Origin: Vulcanimicrobiota bacterium
Lineage (GTDB): Bacteria > Vulcanimicrobiota > Vulcanimicrobiia > Vulcanimicrobiales > Vulcanimicrobiaceae
Direction of reading: 5' to 3'
Length of the DNA: 64,000 nucleotides
Assembly: GCA_963795855.1 (NCBI GenBank)
Contig: CAWCIZ010000002.1
Span: 576,001 to 640,000, forward strand
Positions 19,270-30,649 of the stretch are shown here, one piece after another. The position numbers and the translations under genes were made by a program. Under the pieces are notes generated by a model that had not been told where the DNA came from, did not search any database, and saw nothing but the letters and a program-made list of their open reading frames with translations. How positions within the stretch are numbered: the stretch's first letter is position 1; every line of letters starts with the position of its first letter.

Positions 19270-19906
19270 ATGGGCAAGAATTTAAGGGGTAGATCGACGA
19301 AGCCGCTCGACGCCGCGCAGACGCGGGATCGTTTGCTTAAAGCCGCATTTCGGGAGGTTTACAAAGTCGGCTTTCAGAGCGCCGGCATCGATACGATCTT
19401 GGCCGCGGCTAATTTAACCAAGGGAGCATTTTACCACCATTTTGAAAGCAAAGATGCCCTTGGGCTCGCGATTATTGAAGAGATCGTCTCAGGAGCTCAC
19501 TCGCGATCGATGGGTAGTTCCGCTTGAAAAGAATCGGGATAAGGACCCGATCGATTTGTTGGCCGGCATCGTCACAGCATTGCCGGCTCGGAAGAAAAAC
19601 GTAAACGGCGGATGTCCATTAGTCACTCTTGCGCAAGAGATGTCGCTTCTCGATGAACAATTCCGCACGCGACTACAGAGAATTTTCCGCTCTTGGCAAG
19701 ACGAAGTTGCCGCGACTTTGCGGAGAGGGCAGTCCGATGGCACAGTCCGCAGAAACTTGAATCCGGAGAAAACAGCGAGTTTCTTGATTGCGATGGTCGA
19801 AGGTTACGCAGTCTTAGCAAAGAACGCGCAAGACACGGAAGTGTGGAAGATAGGGATTGCAAATATTGTGAGCTGGCTGTACTCTCTTCGCACGCCGCGC
19901 ACGTAG
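19270..19906 (+). CDS. TetR family regulator (LmrA/YxaF-like C-terminus); frameshift near 19490
   Basis: TRDRLLKAAF..GFQSAGIDTILAAANLTKGAFYHHFESKDALG joins GGCPLVTLAQEMS. Confidence 0.88.
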
Positions 19907-19920
19907 TTAAACCTAATGAG

Positions 19921-20780
19921 TTATAAACGGTCCCGGATGATCGTGGGCGATTTTCCAGTGAATCGCCGGACGCATCGCGCCATATGACTCTGGTTGGCGA
20001 AACCGGCCTGAGCGGCGACCTCTCCTAAGGGAAGGCGACTTAGCGCGATGAGGTTCACGGCCAGATCCACTCGCGCTCGCATCACATATCCATGCACCGG
20101 GACACCCATTGATTCTTTAAAGAGCAGATTGAAGTGCGAGGGACTTAACGCGGCGAGCGCGGCGAGTTCGATAATCGAAAGATCCGCACCCAAATGCTCA
20201 TGGATATAGTCGATGGCGCATTGAATGCGCCGCTTTGGAAGCGTACGCAGCGCTGGCGGCGATCCTTTATTTCTGTACCGGCGAAGTAATTGCGTGCACA
20301 GCGCTAAACCGAGACTTTCAGCGTAAAGGCGCCCAAAGGGCTGCTCCTCCTCCAACTCGGCTTTGAGCGCCCAACTGATGTGCTCGATGCGCAAATCGCG
20401 CACGTGGAGTGCGGCTCCGCATGGTTGGCCTGCGCGTCAATCCCGTTTTCCGCAGACGACATCAGCGAGGGGTGTAGCCGCACGGTCAAAATAGTTGCGG
20501 GACTTTCATCTTGCCACGCAGCGGACACGTTTGCAGGCATGACATCGAGATCGCCTGCGGTCTGCAACCGCGACAATAACCGGCCGTTACAGCGACAAGT
20601 ACTTTGAACCGGCGCACCCAAATGCATGCACACGAGGTGATCGACCGAAGGAGCCAATTGCCTAAAACCTGGAGCGGTATCACAAATGAACGCTTCAAGA
20701 CCAGACCAGCCGCGGTCTTCACTGCCGACGCGAACGACGGTTTCGTGTCCCTGCTCGACCTGTTCGGATTTGAGTTCCAT
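19921..20780 (-). CDS. AraC family transcriptional regulator; frameshift near 20410
   Basis: GWSGL N-terminus; YAESLGLALC, AIDYIHEHL, LSPSHFNLLFKESMG, GFANQSHM. Confidence 0.88.
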
Positions 20781-20829
20781 CGTGCATGAGAACTATCGCT
20801 GCGAAGGACCCCGGTGTGACCGTCTCCAT

Positions 20830-20847
20830 ACAGACCGGTTGGTATGT
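20830..20847. promoter_or_regulatory. Imperfect palindrome, candidate TetR operator
   Basis: ACAGACC-GGTT-GGTATGT between divergent araC-like and TonB-receptor genes. Confidence 0.5.
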
Positions 20848-20971
20848 GCTTCTTTGTGACCCGAATGTGTTTCTAATCGGCCGAATAGACGCGACTGCCA
20901 ATCCTGCTGTGATGTATTTTTGACTAAGGTTCCTCTGCGACGCAGTGGAGCCACAGACAAAGGAGAGAACC

Positions 20972-23900
20972 ATGCTAAGAGTTCGATTTCGGCATGCGTT
21001 CACGGCTTTGGCTTTACTCGGTTCGATGCTGGTCCAGGAAACATGGGCACTGGCAGGCACGACCGGCGGAATCCAAGGTAACGTGACGGATGCCTCGACC
21101 GGAGTTCCTATTGCAGGAGCGATGGTAACGGCCGTGTCTCCGTCGCAGCGTGCAAACACGACGACGGACAATACAGGTCACTACGTGTTTCTGGCGCTGG
21201 ATCCGGACACGTACACCCTGTCAACAGAAAAGAGCGGCTATCAAGCCGCGTCACAAGCCGGCGCCACGGTCTTTGCCGACCAGGTCGCCACGCAAAACTT
21301 TCGCATACACCCCGGATTGCGCACCATTGCTCAAGTGACGTCTCGGGCAGCCGGCAACCTCGTCAAGCCGGGGGTGACCGCCGACGTTTACAGCGTCAAC
21401 TCGACAGCGGCCGCTGCGGCTGCGCCGTTGGGCGGCGGCGGCAACCTCGACAGCGCGTACTCGGCAATGTCGTCGGTTCCCGGTCTGAACGTCCCAATCG
21501 GCGGGACCGGCTGGAACAACAACACCGCGCCGTACATTCACGGCCAGGATTACTACTTTACGGCGTTCGAGTATGACGGCGTTCCGGTCAACCGCGCTTT
21601 CGACAACTACAACGCCTCAACCGAATCGAGTCTCGGCCTGCAAGAGACTGCAGGTCTACACCGGCGGTGGTCCGGCTTCGAATTCATCTGCCGGAACGTC
21701 AGGGTTCGTAAACCAAGTCATCAAAACCGGAACGTTTCCCGGTTTTGGAACGCTGGACGGAAGTTTGGGCGGACCGCAGTACTACCACCAAGCAAAAGTC
21801 GAAGCAGGCGGCGCATCGCCGAACCGCGACTTCAGTTATTACGTAGGCCTGAGCGGTTACGACCAAGGCTTCAACTACTACGACCACAGCAACGGCGCAT
21901 CGCTGTTCCAGCTCGGCGGAACCTATGATTTTGCGGGGCAGTTCGGCGTGCTGCCGAACCTGAACAGCGTCACGGGCCGCGGCGTCTGGCCGGTCTGCAC
22001 GGGAGTTTCAGGTCTAACCTCGCCGATCGCCGGAACGCAACCGTTCCTGACAAACCCGGCGTGCTTCAACTACGATCCGGCCGCCGGATTGTACGGTGAC
22101 GTCGCATCGATCAGCGACCGGGAAAGCGTCGTCAATCTGCATTTCGGAATTCCGCACAAGAACGGGATGCGGGACGATCTCCAGCTTCTCTGGGGTGCGT
22201 CGTCCATAAACACGGCCGAATACACCAGCCCGAATGATGCCGGCGGCCCCGAGCAGTATTGGGCGGCCGTTACGGGCGGTTTCAACCCGTTAGCGGGCAC
22301 CTTGGGCAATACGTATTGTCCGGCCAGCGGCTCCTACAACGGCGCGGCATGCACGCCGACGCCGGGTATCTCGTACCCGAGCTACATCGATAATCCCAAT
22401 ACATACAATCTGCCGTTCGGAACGCCGATTCAACCTAACGGCGTCCCATTGCCCACGCAACGCTATCTGCAGCCATCCAGCCAGCAGAATCGGCAAACGT
22501 TGGCGCAAGTGCCGAACGATCTGCGTGATACCATTTTCAACGACACCGGCGTGACGAAGATCCAATACACCCATTCGCTGGGCTCGAACGCGTACGTTCG
22601 GCTGTTCGGCTACACGTTCTTCTCCGATTGGACGCAAGCCGGCGCGAATGCGACCTTCAACGAATACCTTTACGGCATTGGTGGGCCGTTCACTCCGAAC
22701 GTTTCTGCCAACTACGATCTGATCACTCATACGGCCGGCGGCGAATTGCAGATCGCGGATCAGATCACGGCCAAACACCTAGTGCAGTTTACCGCCAACT
22801 ACACCACGGCCGGCGTGACCAGATTCAATAACACCGGGTTTATCGGCGATTTTGGAAATGGCGGATCACCGGTCGGCTATCTGGCTTACCAGAATGGCCA
22901 GTACACCTGTTACGACCCCGCCACGGGGCAGCCATCGAGCTGCTTCGGCGGCGCGGCGCGCAGCGTTGCTGGTGCGGGACCATATCCAGTCGCTGCGGCG
23001 GGAACTCCGGCAGCCCTCGCCGGTGCGCAGTGGGTGACGCTGCAAAACGGCTCTACCTATGGAACGTTCAATACGGTCAAACCGAAGTTCACGTTCATGT
23101 CGCTTACGGATGATTGGCGTCCGAGCGATAAGCTCGACTTCAACATCGGGCTGCGCTTCGACAACTACCTGTACGATCTCGCACCGGTGACACCGGGAAC
23201 GCAGTTCTATGCACAGCGAATCGAACAACAGGTATGCCAAAACAGCGCAGGTCAGATCTACACCGCCGTGTTGAAGTCGGGGCAAGCGCCGCCCGCGCCG
23301 GTTATCTACACCACGACTTGCCCAGCCGGATTCTTCCATCCGGCATTCAGTGCGAGTTCGCCGAGTTCGTACAAGTTGGGCGATCTGGCGCCGCGCGCAT
23401 CGTTCACTTACACCCTCGATCCGCGCACGGTGATTCGCGGCGAGATCGGGCGTTACACACAGCCGCCGATCTCCGCCTCGTTGCAGTACCTGAACAGCTC
23501 GGGCAACGCGCTAACGGTCTGGAACGCCGGTCTTCCGCTTGGATTCCACAGCCCGTTCCATCCGATTCCGGCGCAATCGGCTATCCAGACGGATCTGTCG
23601 CTCGAGCACCAGTTCAATGGAACGGACATCACGGCCAAGATTAGCCCGTTCTTTAACTACACGGCAGGGTATCAGCAGCAAAGCTTCATCGGTCCGAATT
23701 TCGTGACGCAAGTCCCGGCCGGACAGTTCCGAAGCTACGGTGTCGAAATGGCACTGAGCAAGGGCGACTTCAACCGTGAAGGTCTTTCCGGAGTCCTGGC
23801 CTTGACGTACACGAATGCAGCCATCCAATTCCAAAACAAGTACTTCGGAAACAACCAGGTCAACGCGATGGACTATGCAATTCAGCAGTTCAACGCGCTG

Positions 23901-24755
23901 ACGAAGGCCGGCGGCGGTTCGGCATGCTACACCGCATCGAACGGGTCGGCACCCGGGACGCCAACATCCTGCGGCACGGCCGGGGCAATTGCCAATCCGT
24001 ACTACGGCATGGCGCTGCAGCCGCAAATCGATCCCAACGGTTGGTATCCACCGTTCGGCGTAGGACTTTCTCCAACGAACAACACGCTTTCAGCGACAGA
24101 CGGAGACGCGCCGTTCGTGACCTCGCTGATCCTCAACTACAAGCATCAACGGTGGGCCATTACGCCGAGCTTCCAGCTTTCCGAGGGTTCGACGTACGGC
24201 AATCCGTTCGACGTTGCGGGGTACGACCCGCGCGCTTGCACGCAAAACTCGGCCGCGGCCGGCATCACGGCGGTGTCGCCGCAAACGAATGCCAATCAGT
24301 GCAACGTCCTGAGCGTCTTCACCGGAAACGCAACAGTGGGTGCGGTAGCAGGTCAATTCTTCGTCCCGAACCTGCAGACAGGGAAGTTCGCGAGCATCGG
24401 ACAGTTCCGCGATCCATGGATAGCGCTCGCCAACATGCAACTGCGCTATGACGTCTCGCCGAAACTGACGGCTCTCGTGACGCTCTCCAATCTGTGGCAC
24501 ACGTGCTTCGGCGGTTCGAGCGAACCGTGGACGAAGGCGTATGCACCGGGTCCGAACGTTTGCGGCTATAATGCGAACGGCTTCTACGTCAGCAATTACT
24601 ACAACGGAACCAGTCCCACTGACGCAGCGGCAAACGGCGTGCCCGCACAGAAGTGGCTCCAGCAATCCTATCTGCCGAGCGGGATAGGCGGTTCGATCGG
24701 ATCGGGTCTGCCGTTCCCGTTCAACGCCTACTTCCAGCTGCAAGTCAAACTGTAA
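20972..24755 (+). CDS. TonB-dependent receptor with N-terminal carboxypeptidase-regulatory-like domain; frameshift near 21643
   Basis: AGTTGGIQGNVTDA..PIAGAMVT, LDPDTYTL; plug YDGVPVNR..LQVYTGG..SGFVNQVIKTG; C-terminal AYFQLQVKL; RBS AAGGAG. Confidence 0.88.
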
Positions 24756-24787
24756 CCGCTAACCCTGATCTCCCTGACGGCCGGATA

Positions 24788-24817
24788 GAGAGGCGCACCG
24801 TCCGCGGTGCGCCTCTC
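24788..24817. terminator. GC-rich hairpin between convergent genes
   Basis: GAGAGGCGCACCG-TCCG-CGGTGCGCCTCTC, 13-bp perfect stem; no U-tract. Confidence 0.65.
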
Positions 24818-24834
24818 CCGAGAGCAATGCGGGA

Positions 24835-27800
24835 TCACATGCCGGCGGCTGCTCTTATCCGTGCGATTCCCGCGTCGGCTTGCGCCTCGAGTTGCTTTGC
24901 CGCATCTATTTCCGCGGCGGTTGGAGCCGAATACGAAAGATCGAGCGAGTTCATCAGCATCGCGAGGTGGTCGCGAAGCTTGGATGGGAACATGACGTCC
25001 GCCTCGCTCGAACGATAGATCGGTTGGTATACCGATGTGACGGCATTTTCGATCGCGGAGCGCTTGGCGGTGGAGGACGACGCCGCCTTGCTCTGCGCGG
25101 CGTTGACCGCCGTGTCCATTTCGTCGATCTTGTTCGAAAGCTCCATGGCGAGCGACAAACGCGACGCCAACGCATCCGCCGGCGGATTGAAGCGCGGATC
25201 GAGTTGAATCTTCAGCGGCGCCTTGCTGACGCGGCCGCCGTAATTCAACACGACCGTATAATCGCCGGGAAGCGCCGTCGGACCCAGCAAGTCGTCGCGG
25301 AAGTCATCCGTGGGAACGATGTGCTGACCAACGATTTCCGCAGCCGGCGCGTAACGCAGATCCCAGAGGAATTTGTTCATCCCGGGTTCGACGGCGGTTT
25401 CTTGCGAGAGACGATAATTCGCTACGCTGATTGCATCCATTGCCGTCAGCTGCCAGCCCTCGTATTTCTTCGCCTTCTTATTCTTTAGATGCAACGTAAA
25501 CGTTCGAATCGTTTTGCCGCTTGCGTCTTGGAATGAAAGCGTGGCCGGCGTGCGTCCGTTGTAATTAGACGGGAGATTGAAGAAAACGCTCGCGCCGTAG
25601 TCGGGGTTTTCGCCCGCCGGACCGAAGGCGCCGCCGCCATATGCATGCGTCAGCCATGCCGTTTCCGGTTGGAATACTTGCGCGGTCGCCGTAGAGGGCG
25701 ACGATTCGCGCGCGATGTCTTCGATCTGCTGAAGGTCGTCGAGCGCCCAGAACGAGCGCCCATGCGTTGCAATCGCGACTTCGCCTTCACGAGCATTGAT
25801 TGCGACATCGCGGACCTCGACAGGCGGCAGATTCAACGCCAGCGATTGCCACGAATCTCCCCCGTTGAGGCTCACGTACACGCGGCTGCGCGTTCCGGCG
25901 AACATCACGCGCGGCTCGCGCGGGTCGATACGCACCGCGTAAACGGATTGGTCGGACGGAATGCCGTTCGTCATCGACGTCCAGCTGGCGCCGCAATCCG
26001 TCGTTTTGAAGACGTACGGACGCATATCGTCCCACATGTAACGCGACGCCGTCATCCACACGGTGCACGGCTGCGTTTGCGAGGGTTCGAAGCTCGTAAT
26101 CCGAGACCACGTCGAGCCCATTTGTTTCGGCGTTACGTTTTTCCACGTCGTGCCGCCGTTTTGCGTCACGTGAACGAGTCCGTCGGCCGAACCCGCCCAA
26201 ATGAGATCTTTGTTGACGGGCGAGAAGCCGAGCGATGCGATGTCGGGATAGGTCTCGGCGCCGGTTTGATCCCAATACACGTCGCCTCCGCTCGGACCTT
26301 CGGTGGACTTGTCGTTGCGGGTCAAATCGGGGCTGATCACTTTCCACGTGCGTCCGTAATCGTCGCTGCGGAAAACGACCTGAGCCGTCTCGAACAGCGT
26401 ATGCGGTTCGGCCGGGGAGAACATGATGGGGTGCGTCCAGCTGAAGCGATATTTCTGGTCGCTGGCCTGATGTCCCGGAAGATAGAGCGCCCACGGCGAG
26501 ACGTTCTTTACGTCGCCGGTCGCCGTATCCATACGCGCGAGCAGGCTGTAATATCCGGCGCCGTACGTGACTTTGGGATTGTTCGGATCGACCGCAACGT
26601 ACGTGCTCTCGCCAAGCGCAACGCCGTGGACGACGTTGGCGCCGAGCCCTTCGTTCGATGCACTGGGAATTTCGAATGCGCCGGCGTCCTGCATCGCGCC
26701 ATACATGTGATACGGGAATTGCCCGTCGAGCACGATGTGATAGAACTGCGAGAGCGGTTGATTCTGCGTCGTGCTGAACGTTTTTCCGCCGTCGACGGAG
26801 ACGTTCGCGCCGCCGTCATCGCCGATAATCAAAAGCCTGGGATTACGCGGATTGATCCAAATGATATGGTTGTCGCCTAAACCCGGTCCGAGGGGCTTCC
26901 ACGTGTGCCCGCCGTCGGTCGTTTTGAAGACGCTATCCACGTTCGGCGCGTATGCAACCTTCCAATTCGTCGGGTCGACGTAAATTGCCATGTAATAAAA
27001 CGCGCGCTGCCGCAGCTTCCATTCGTCGTTGACGCGCGACCACGTTGCGCCGCCATTGTCGGAACGGAATACGCCGCCGTCGCGCGCTTGCACGATCGCG
27101 TAGACGACGTTCGAATTGTTGGGAGCAACCGCCACGCCCATTTTGCCGAGCAGGCCCTTTGCGAAGCCGGGGTTACTCGAAATCTTCTTCCACGTTTTAC
27201 CGGCATCGGTCGTCTTGTAGATCGCGCTGCCGGGACCGCCGCTCTTGAGCGCCCATTCCGTTCGCTGCGCTTGCCACATCGTTGCGTACAAGACGTTCGG
27301 ATTCTTCGCGTCCATGACGACATTGTTTGCGCCGGTGTTGTCGTCGACGAAGAGCACCTTGGTCCACGTCTTGCCGCCGTCGGTCGTTTTGTAGATGCCG
27401 CGATCCGGGTTCGGTTTGAAGACGTGACCCAACGAACTCGCATAGGCAACGTCGGGGTTATGCGGATCGATGACGATCGTACCGATTTGCCGCGTTTCGC
27501 GCAGCCCCGCGTATTTCCACGTTTTCCCGGCGTCGGTCGATTTATATATGCCTTCGCCGTTGGCCCAGTCACCGCGAATGTCGCTTTCGCCCGTACCGAC
27601 GTAAATGATTTTCGAATTCGACGGAGCCACGGCAATCGCGCCGATGCTATGCGAAACGGTGCCCATTTTACCGTCGGTGATGTTATCCCAAGAGTTGCCG
27701 TAATTTTCGCTCTTCCAGACGCCGCCCTGAACGCCGCCCATATAAAAGAGATTCGGTTGGTCGGGTACGCCTGCGACCGCAACGACGCGGCCGCCGATGT

Positions 27801-27927
27801 ATGGCCCGACGAGACGCCACTCCATCTTGCTCAGCAGCTTTTGCGATGCGGAGCCGGACGCGGCGGGAACAGCACTTGGAGCCAGGGCAAAAGCCGCGGC
27901 GAGCAGGGTAGCAACGATGCGCTTCAT
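24835..27927 (-). CDS. Secreted VPS10/BNR (Asp-box) repeat glycosyl-hydrolase-like protein
   Basis: WRLVGPYIGGRV, many S/TxDxGxTW Asp-boxes, ISPDLTRND, IATHGRSFW. Confidence 0.9.
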   Translation of the reverse strand: MKRIVATLLAAAFALAPSAVPAASGSASQKLLSKMEWRLVGPYIGGRVVAVAGVPDQPNLFYMGGVQGGVWKSENYGNSWDNITDGKMGTVSHSIGAIAVAPSNSKIIYVGTGESDIRGDWANGEGIYKSTDAGKTWKYAGLRETRQIGTIVIDPHNPDVAYASSLGHVFKPNPDRGIYKTTDGGKTWTKVLFVDDNTGANNVVMDAKNPNVLYATMWQAQRTEWALKSGGPGSAIYKTTDAGKTWKKISSNPGFAKGLLGKMGVAVAPNNSNVVYAIVQARDGGVFRSDNGGATWSRVNDEWKLRQRAFYYMAIYVDPTNWKVAYAPNVDSVFKTTDGGHTWKPLGPGLGDNHIIWINPRNPRLLIIGDDGGANVSVDGGKTFSTTQNQPLSQFYHIVLDGQFPYHMYGAMQDAGAFEIPSASNEGLGANVVHGVALGESTYVAVDPNNPKVTYGAGYYSLLARMDTATGDVKNVSPWALYLPGHQASDQKYRFSWTHPIMFSPAEPHTLFETAQVVFRSDDYGRTWKVISPDLTRNDKSTEGPSGGDVYWDQTGAETYPDIASLGFSPVNKDLIWAGSADGLVHVTQNGGTTWKNVTPKQMGSTWSRITSFEPSQTQPCTVWMTASRYMWDDMRPYVFKTTDCGASWTSMTNGIPSDQSVYAVRIDPREPRVMFAGTRSRVYVSLNGGDSWQSLALNLPPVEVRDVAINAREGEVAIATHGRSFWALDDLQQIEDIARESSPSTATAQVFQPETAWLTHAYGGGAFGPAGENPDYGASVFFNLPSNYNGRTPATLSFQDASGKTIRTFTLHLKNKKAKKYEGWQLTAMDAISVANYRLSQETAVEPGMNKFLWDLRYAPAAEIVGQHIVPTDDFRDDLLGPTALPGDYTVVLNYGGRVSKAPLKIQLDPRFNPPADALASRLSLAMELSNKIDEMDTAVNAAQSKAASSSTAKRSAIENAVTSVYQPIYRSSEADVMFPSKLRDHLAMLMNSLDLSYSAPTAAEIDAAKQLEAQADAGIARIRAAAGM

Positions 27928-28135
27928 TCAGGCGCTATACCGCTGCTTTTTGCCGGTTCCTTTCGGCGGCAGGTCAACGACGTGGCACAGACGTGCGCGC
28001 TACGGAGCGCCGCTGCAGACTATCCTGTAGTCATATGTGGCGGCGGTTCGATCGTGCTTGTAATGCGGCATCGCCGTGCTGAGGCATCGCAGAGGTTGAT
28101 GCCGAATGGCTGCCCCAGCCATCCGGGAGGAACCG

Positions 28136-28693
28136 ATGAACCTCGAAATTTGGAGCATCCTCGTCAGTGCGGGGACGTTCGTCGTCATCGCTGCCACTGC
28201 AATTGCGGCGCTCGTGCAATTGCGTCATATGCGCGCCGGCAATCGACTCACCGGATTGCTTGACGTCCTGAGCCGCGTCGAATCCCCAATGTTCAACGTG
28301 TATACGGATAAAGCCAAGCACATGCTGGAGCAAAGTCTTTCTTCGCAAGTCTATCGCGAGGCCATCGAAAGCGGCGATTTCCCGCGTGAAGACAATGCTT
28401 GGCTGAATCTTGCAAACTCGTACGAATGGGTCGGCAGTTTGGTGAAGCACGGTTTGATTCCCGAGGAGCCTTTCATGGATGTGTACTCCTCACGATTGAT
28501 TCGGGCATGGTCGATCGTCGAGCCGGTCATCGCCATAGCGCGGCGGCCGGGAGATCAGTCTCTTTGGGAAAATTTCGAGTTTCTCGTCGTTCGCGCTCAC
28601 GATTGGGAGCGCTCGTTCCCGAACGGGGCATATCCACGCGGCTTGCGGCGCTTGAAGATCGTCGATGAGTGGGCGCAGCACGATCGGGTGTGA
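28136..28693 (+). CDS. Membrane-anchored hypothetical protein (DUF4760-like)
   Basis: N-terminal TM helix then ALVQLRHMR; NSYEWVGSLVKHGLI, WENFEFL; RBS GGAGG. Confidence 0.65.
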   Translation: MNLEIWSILVSAGTFVVIAATAIAALVQLRHMRAGNRLTGLLDVLSRVESPMFNVYTDKAKHMLEQSLSSQVYREAIESGDFPREDNAWLNLANSYEWVGSLVKHGLIPEEPFMDVYSSRLIRAWSIVEPVIAIARRPGDQSLWENFEFLVVRAHDWERSFPNGAYPRGLRRLKIVDEWAQHDRV

Positions 28694-28700
28694 TTGAATC

Positions 28701-29426
28701 TTATAGCGGCGGTCCCGGTGTGCCGTCCGACCATTTGCCGAGCGGCACGAAGAAGATCGTTTGCGGCTCAGGCCACAACTTGTGGGCGCTATCCATCACC
28801 ACCGGCGACGCGGGCAAGTTTGCTCCCCAACTTGCGCCCGCGTTTGAGCCGTCCGCTTTCGGTACGTGAAACATCAGGTGCGGATACCAATTGCGGACGG
28901 CATCGTTCAGGTACTGATGCTTCGACATCATGTACGACATCGATCCCGGTTCCGGCGTAGGCAGCCCGCCCTTCGCAACGATTGCGTTGAGGCGCGAGTA
29001 CATTTGCGATTTCGACAGCCCGGCGAGCACCAATTTCACGCGCGCGTAATCGTAACGGAGCACGGTTCTCGACGCCGGCGGATTGTAGCAAACAGCGCCG
29101 CGGCCTTTGGGATTCCAGAATTGCGGATCGTCGAACGCGGACATCCAGTCGCGTTCGACCAGGCACGTAAAGCCGTTGCTGCCGTCTACCGCCGTTACGT
29201 AACCGTGCGAGGTCAAGATCAATACACGCGCGTCTTTCGAAATGGAGCGAGGTGCTGCACTTCGCGCTAGTGCGATCTCGGCGTTCCTGACCATCATGTA
29301 CTGCGCCAGCGGCGCCATCCGCGCGTAGGTTTCGTGGCCTTTGCCGCGCGCCGGCAGGACGACGACCGCGGCGCATGCCAGGGCAATTGCGGGTAGCAGA
29401 AATCGCAGCAGTGCCATTCGCTTCAT
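28701..29426 (-). CDS. Conserved secreted hypothetical protein
   Basis: Signal peptide; EIALARSAAP, GSNGFTCLVER, MSYMMSKHQYL, WYPHLMF. Confidence 0.7.
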   Translation of the reverse strand: MKRMALLRFLLPAIALACAAVVVLPARGKGHETYARMAPLAQYMMVRNAEIALARSAAPRSISKDARVLILTSHGYVTAVDGSNGFTCLVERDWMSAFDDPQFWNPKGRGAVCYNPPASRTVLRYDYARVKLVLAGLSKSQMYSRLNAIVAKGGLPTPEPGSMSYMMSKHQYLNDAVRNWYPHLMFHVPKADGSNAGASWGANLPASPVVMDSAHKLWPEPQTIFFVPLGKWSDGTPGPPL

Positions 29427-29541
29427 ACAGCGCTCCAGTTATGTTTTAGGCAATCAGTCTTGTTTATAACCGGCTGCGCACCGGTGATGTGACGGTTCGG
29501 GCGGCAGCGGTGCTCGGCCGCGGCGCGTCGAAGCGGTTCCC

Positions 29542-29712
29542 ATGAGCGGTCCACGGATAGGTACGGCGTTCTATCTGGCGGCGATGATAGTCGTCATAGT
29601 CGCTTTAGACGTCGCATTCTTTAGAAATCGATTCTGGGAACGGCTGATCGCAAACATCGGTATCGTGCTTGTGTTCGCAGCCTTCTACATGCGCTTCTTC
29701 AGGAATCCGTGA
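29542..29712 (+). CDS. 56-aa two-TM small membrane protein (below ORF-track cutoff)
   Basis: MSGPRIGTAFYLAAMIVVIVALDVAFFRNRFWERLIANIGIVLVFAAFYMRFFRNP*. Confidence 0.7.
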   Translation: MSGPRIGTAFYLAAMIVVIVALDVAFFRNRFWERLIANIGIVLVFAAFYMRFFRNP

Positions 29713-29720
29713 CCTCCGGG

Positions 29721-30649
29721 TTACAAAACGGAGGACCGCGTTTGCGCCATAATCCACGATTCAAAATCCGGCTTTAACATAGGGGCCGCCATTGCAACGC
29801 TCTGCGCGTACCGGACTTCAAAGGAGCGCAGGACATTCCACTGCAACTCGCGGTCCCCGTGCACGTAGATGTCCCATGGAAGCACGCCGGCCCAGCCGGT
29901 TTCCAAACGATCCACGGGGATTTTCACAAAATTGAGCGGCAGCGACTGCAGCAGGCTCACATCGATGACGGTTCTGGAATCATCCATCTCGACGCCGACT
30001 TCCCCGATGGCGGAAAGCCGCCGCACCACGCCGGCAAAACGTTCATCGTATTGACCGTCGTGTTTGAGCTCCAAGACGAGCATCGCGGGAGCGGCGGCAT
30101 GCGTCGCACTCGCTGCGTCGAGAAACGAAGTTGACTCAGCGTCGGCCAACGTTACGTTCACGTGCATTTTGTCGATGCCGTTCGCGCGCAGGCTCGCGGC
30201 GATCGTCGAAGACGCATGAATCGCATCTATTGGCGCGCCCAGAGCTGCACTCGCGTCGCCCGGCGAAGAGCCACCGAAAATATCGGCTGGATTCGCAGAA
30301 GGCTTGCGTCCGTTTGCGCTGTCGCTGTCGGTGCCGCAGTACCTTCTGCCGGCGCGTGTGAAACCAATTGTGCGAGCAGCTCGACGACCCAATCGTCGAG
30401 CAACGATGGTAGAACGAACGATTGCTCGTCGCGAGAACCGCAAACTAAGCACCAATCGATGCCGCCTGCATCGAACTGCTGATGTATTGCGTAATCCAGG
30501 TGCAGCGACTTGCGGACACCGCGCCACGCGTTCTCGCTCTCGCCCTCCCACGGAACCGTAGCACCGGCCAGCTCGGCATCATTCGATGCGGCGACCAGCG
30601 CGCTGTTGCCGGCGATCCGTAGGAGAGCGAAGATGCGATCCGCGCTTAT
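29721..30649 (-). CDS. Degenerate EAL-domain protein; frameshift near 30230, possible ATA start
   Basis: LRIQPIFSV..RVQLWAR (in place of YQPIV..VEALLR), HVNVT, LVLEL, VEMDD, LQSLPLNFVKI, VRYAQS. Confidence 0.55.

Noticed and set aside
25645..28263. 411-aa and 452-aa + strand ORFs
   Set aside because: Antisense to the VPS10/BNR gene, Arg-rich and without motifs
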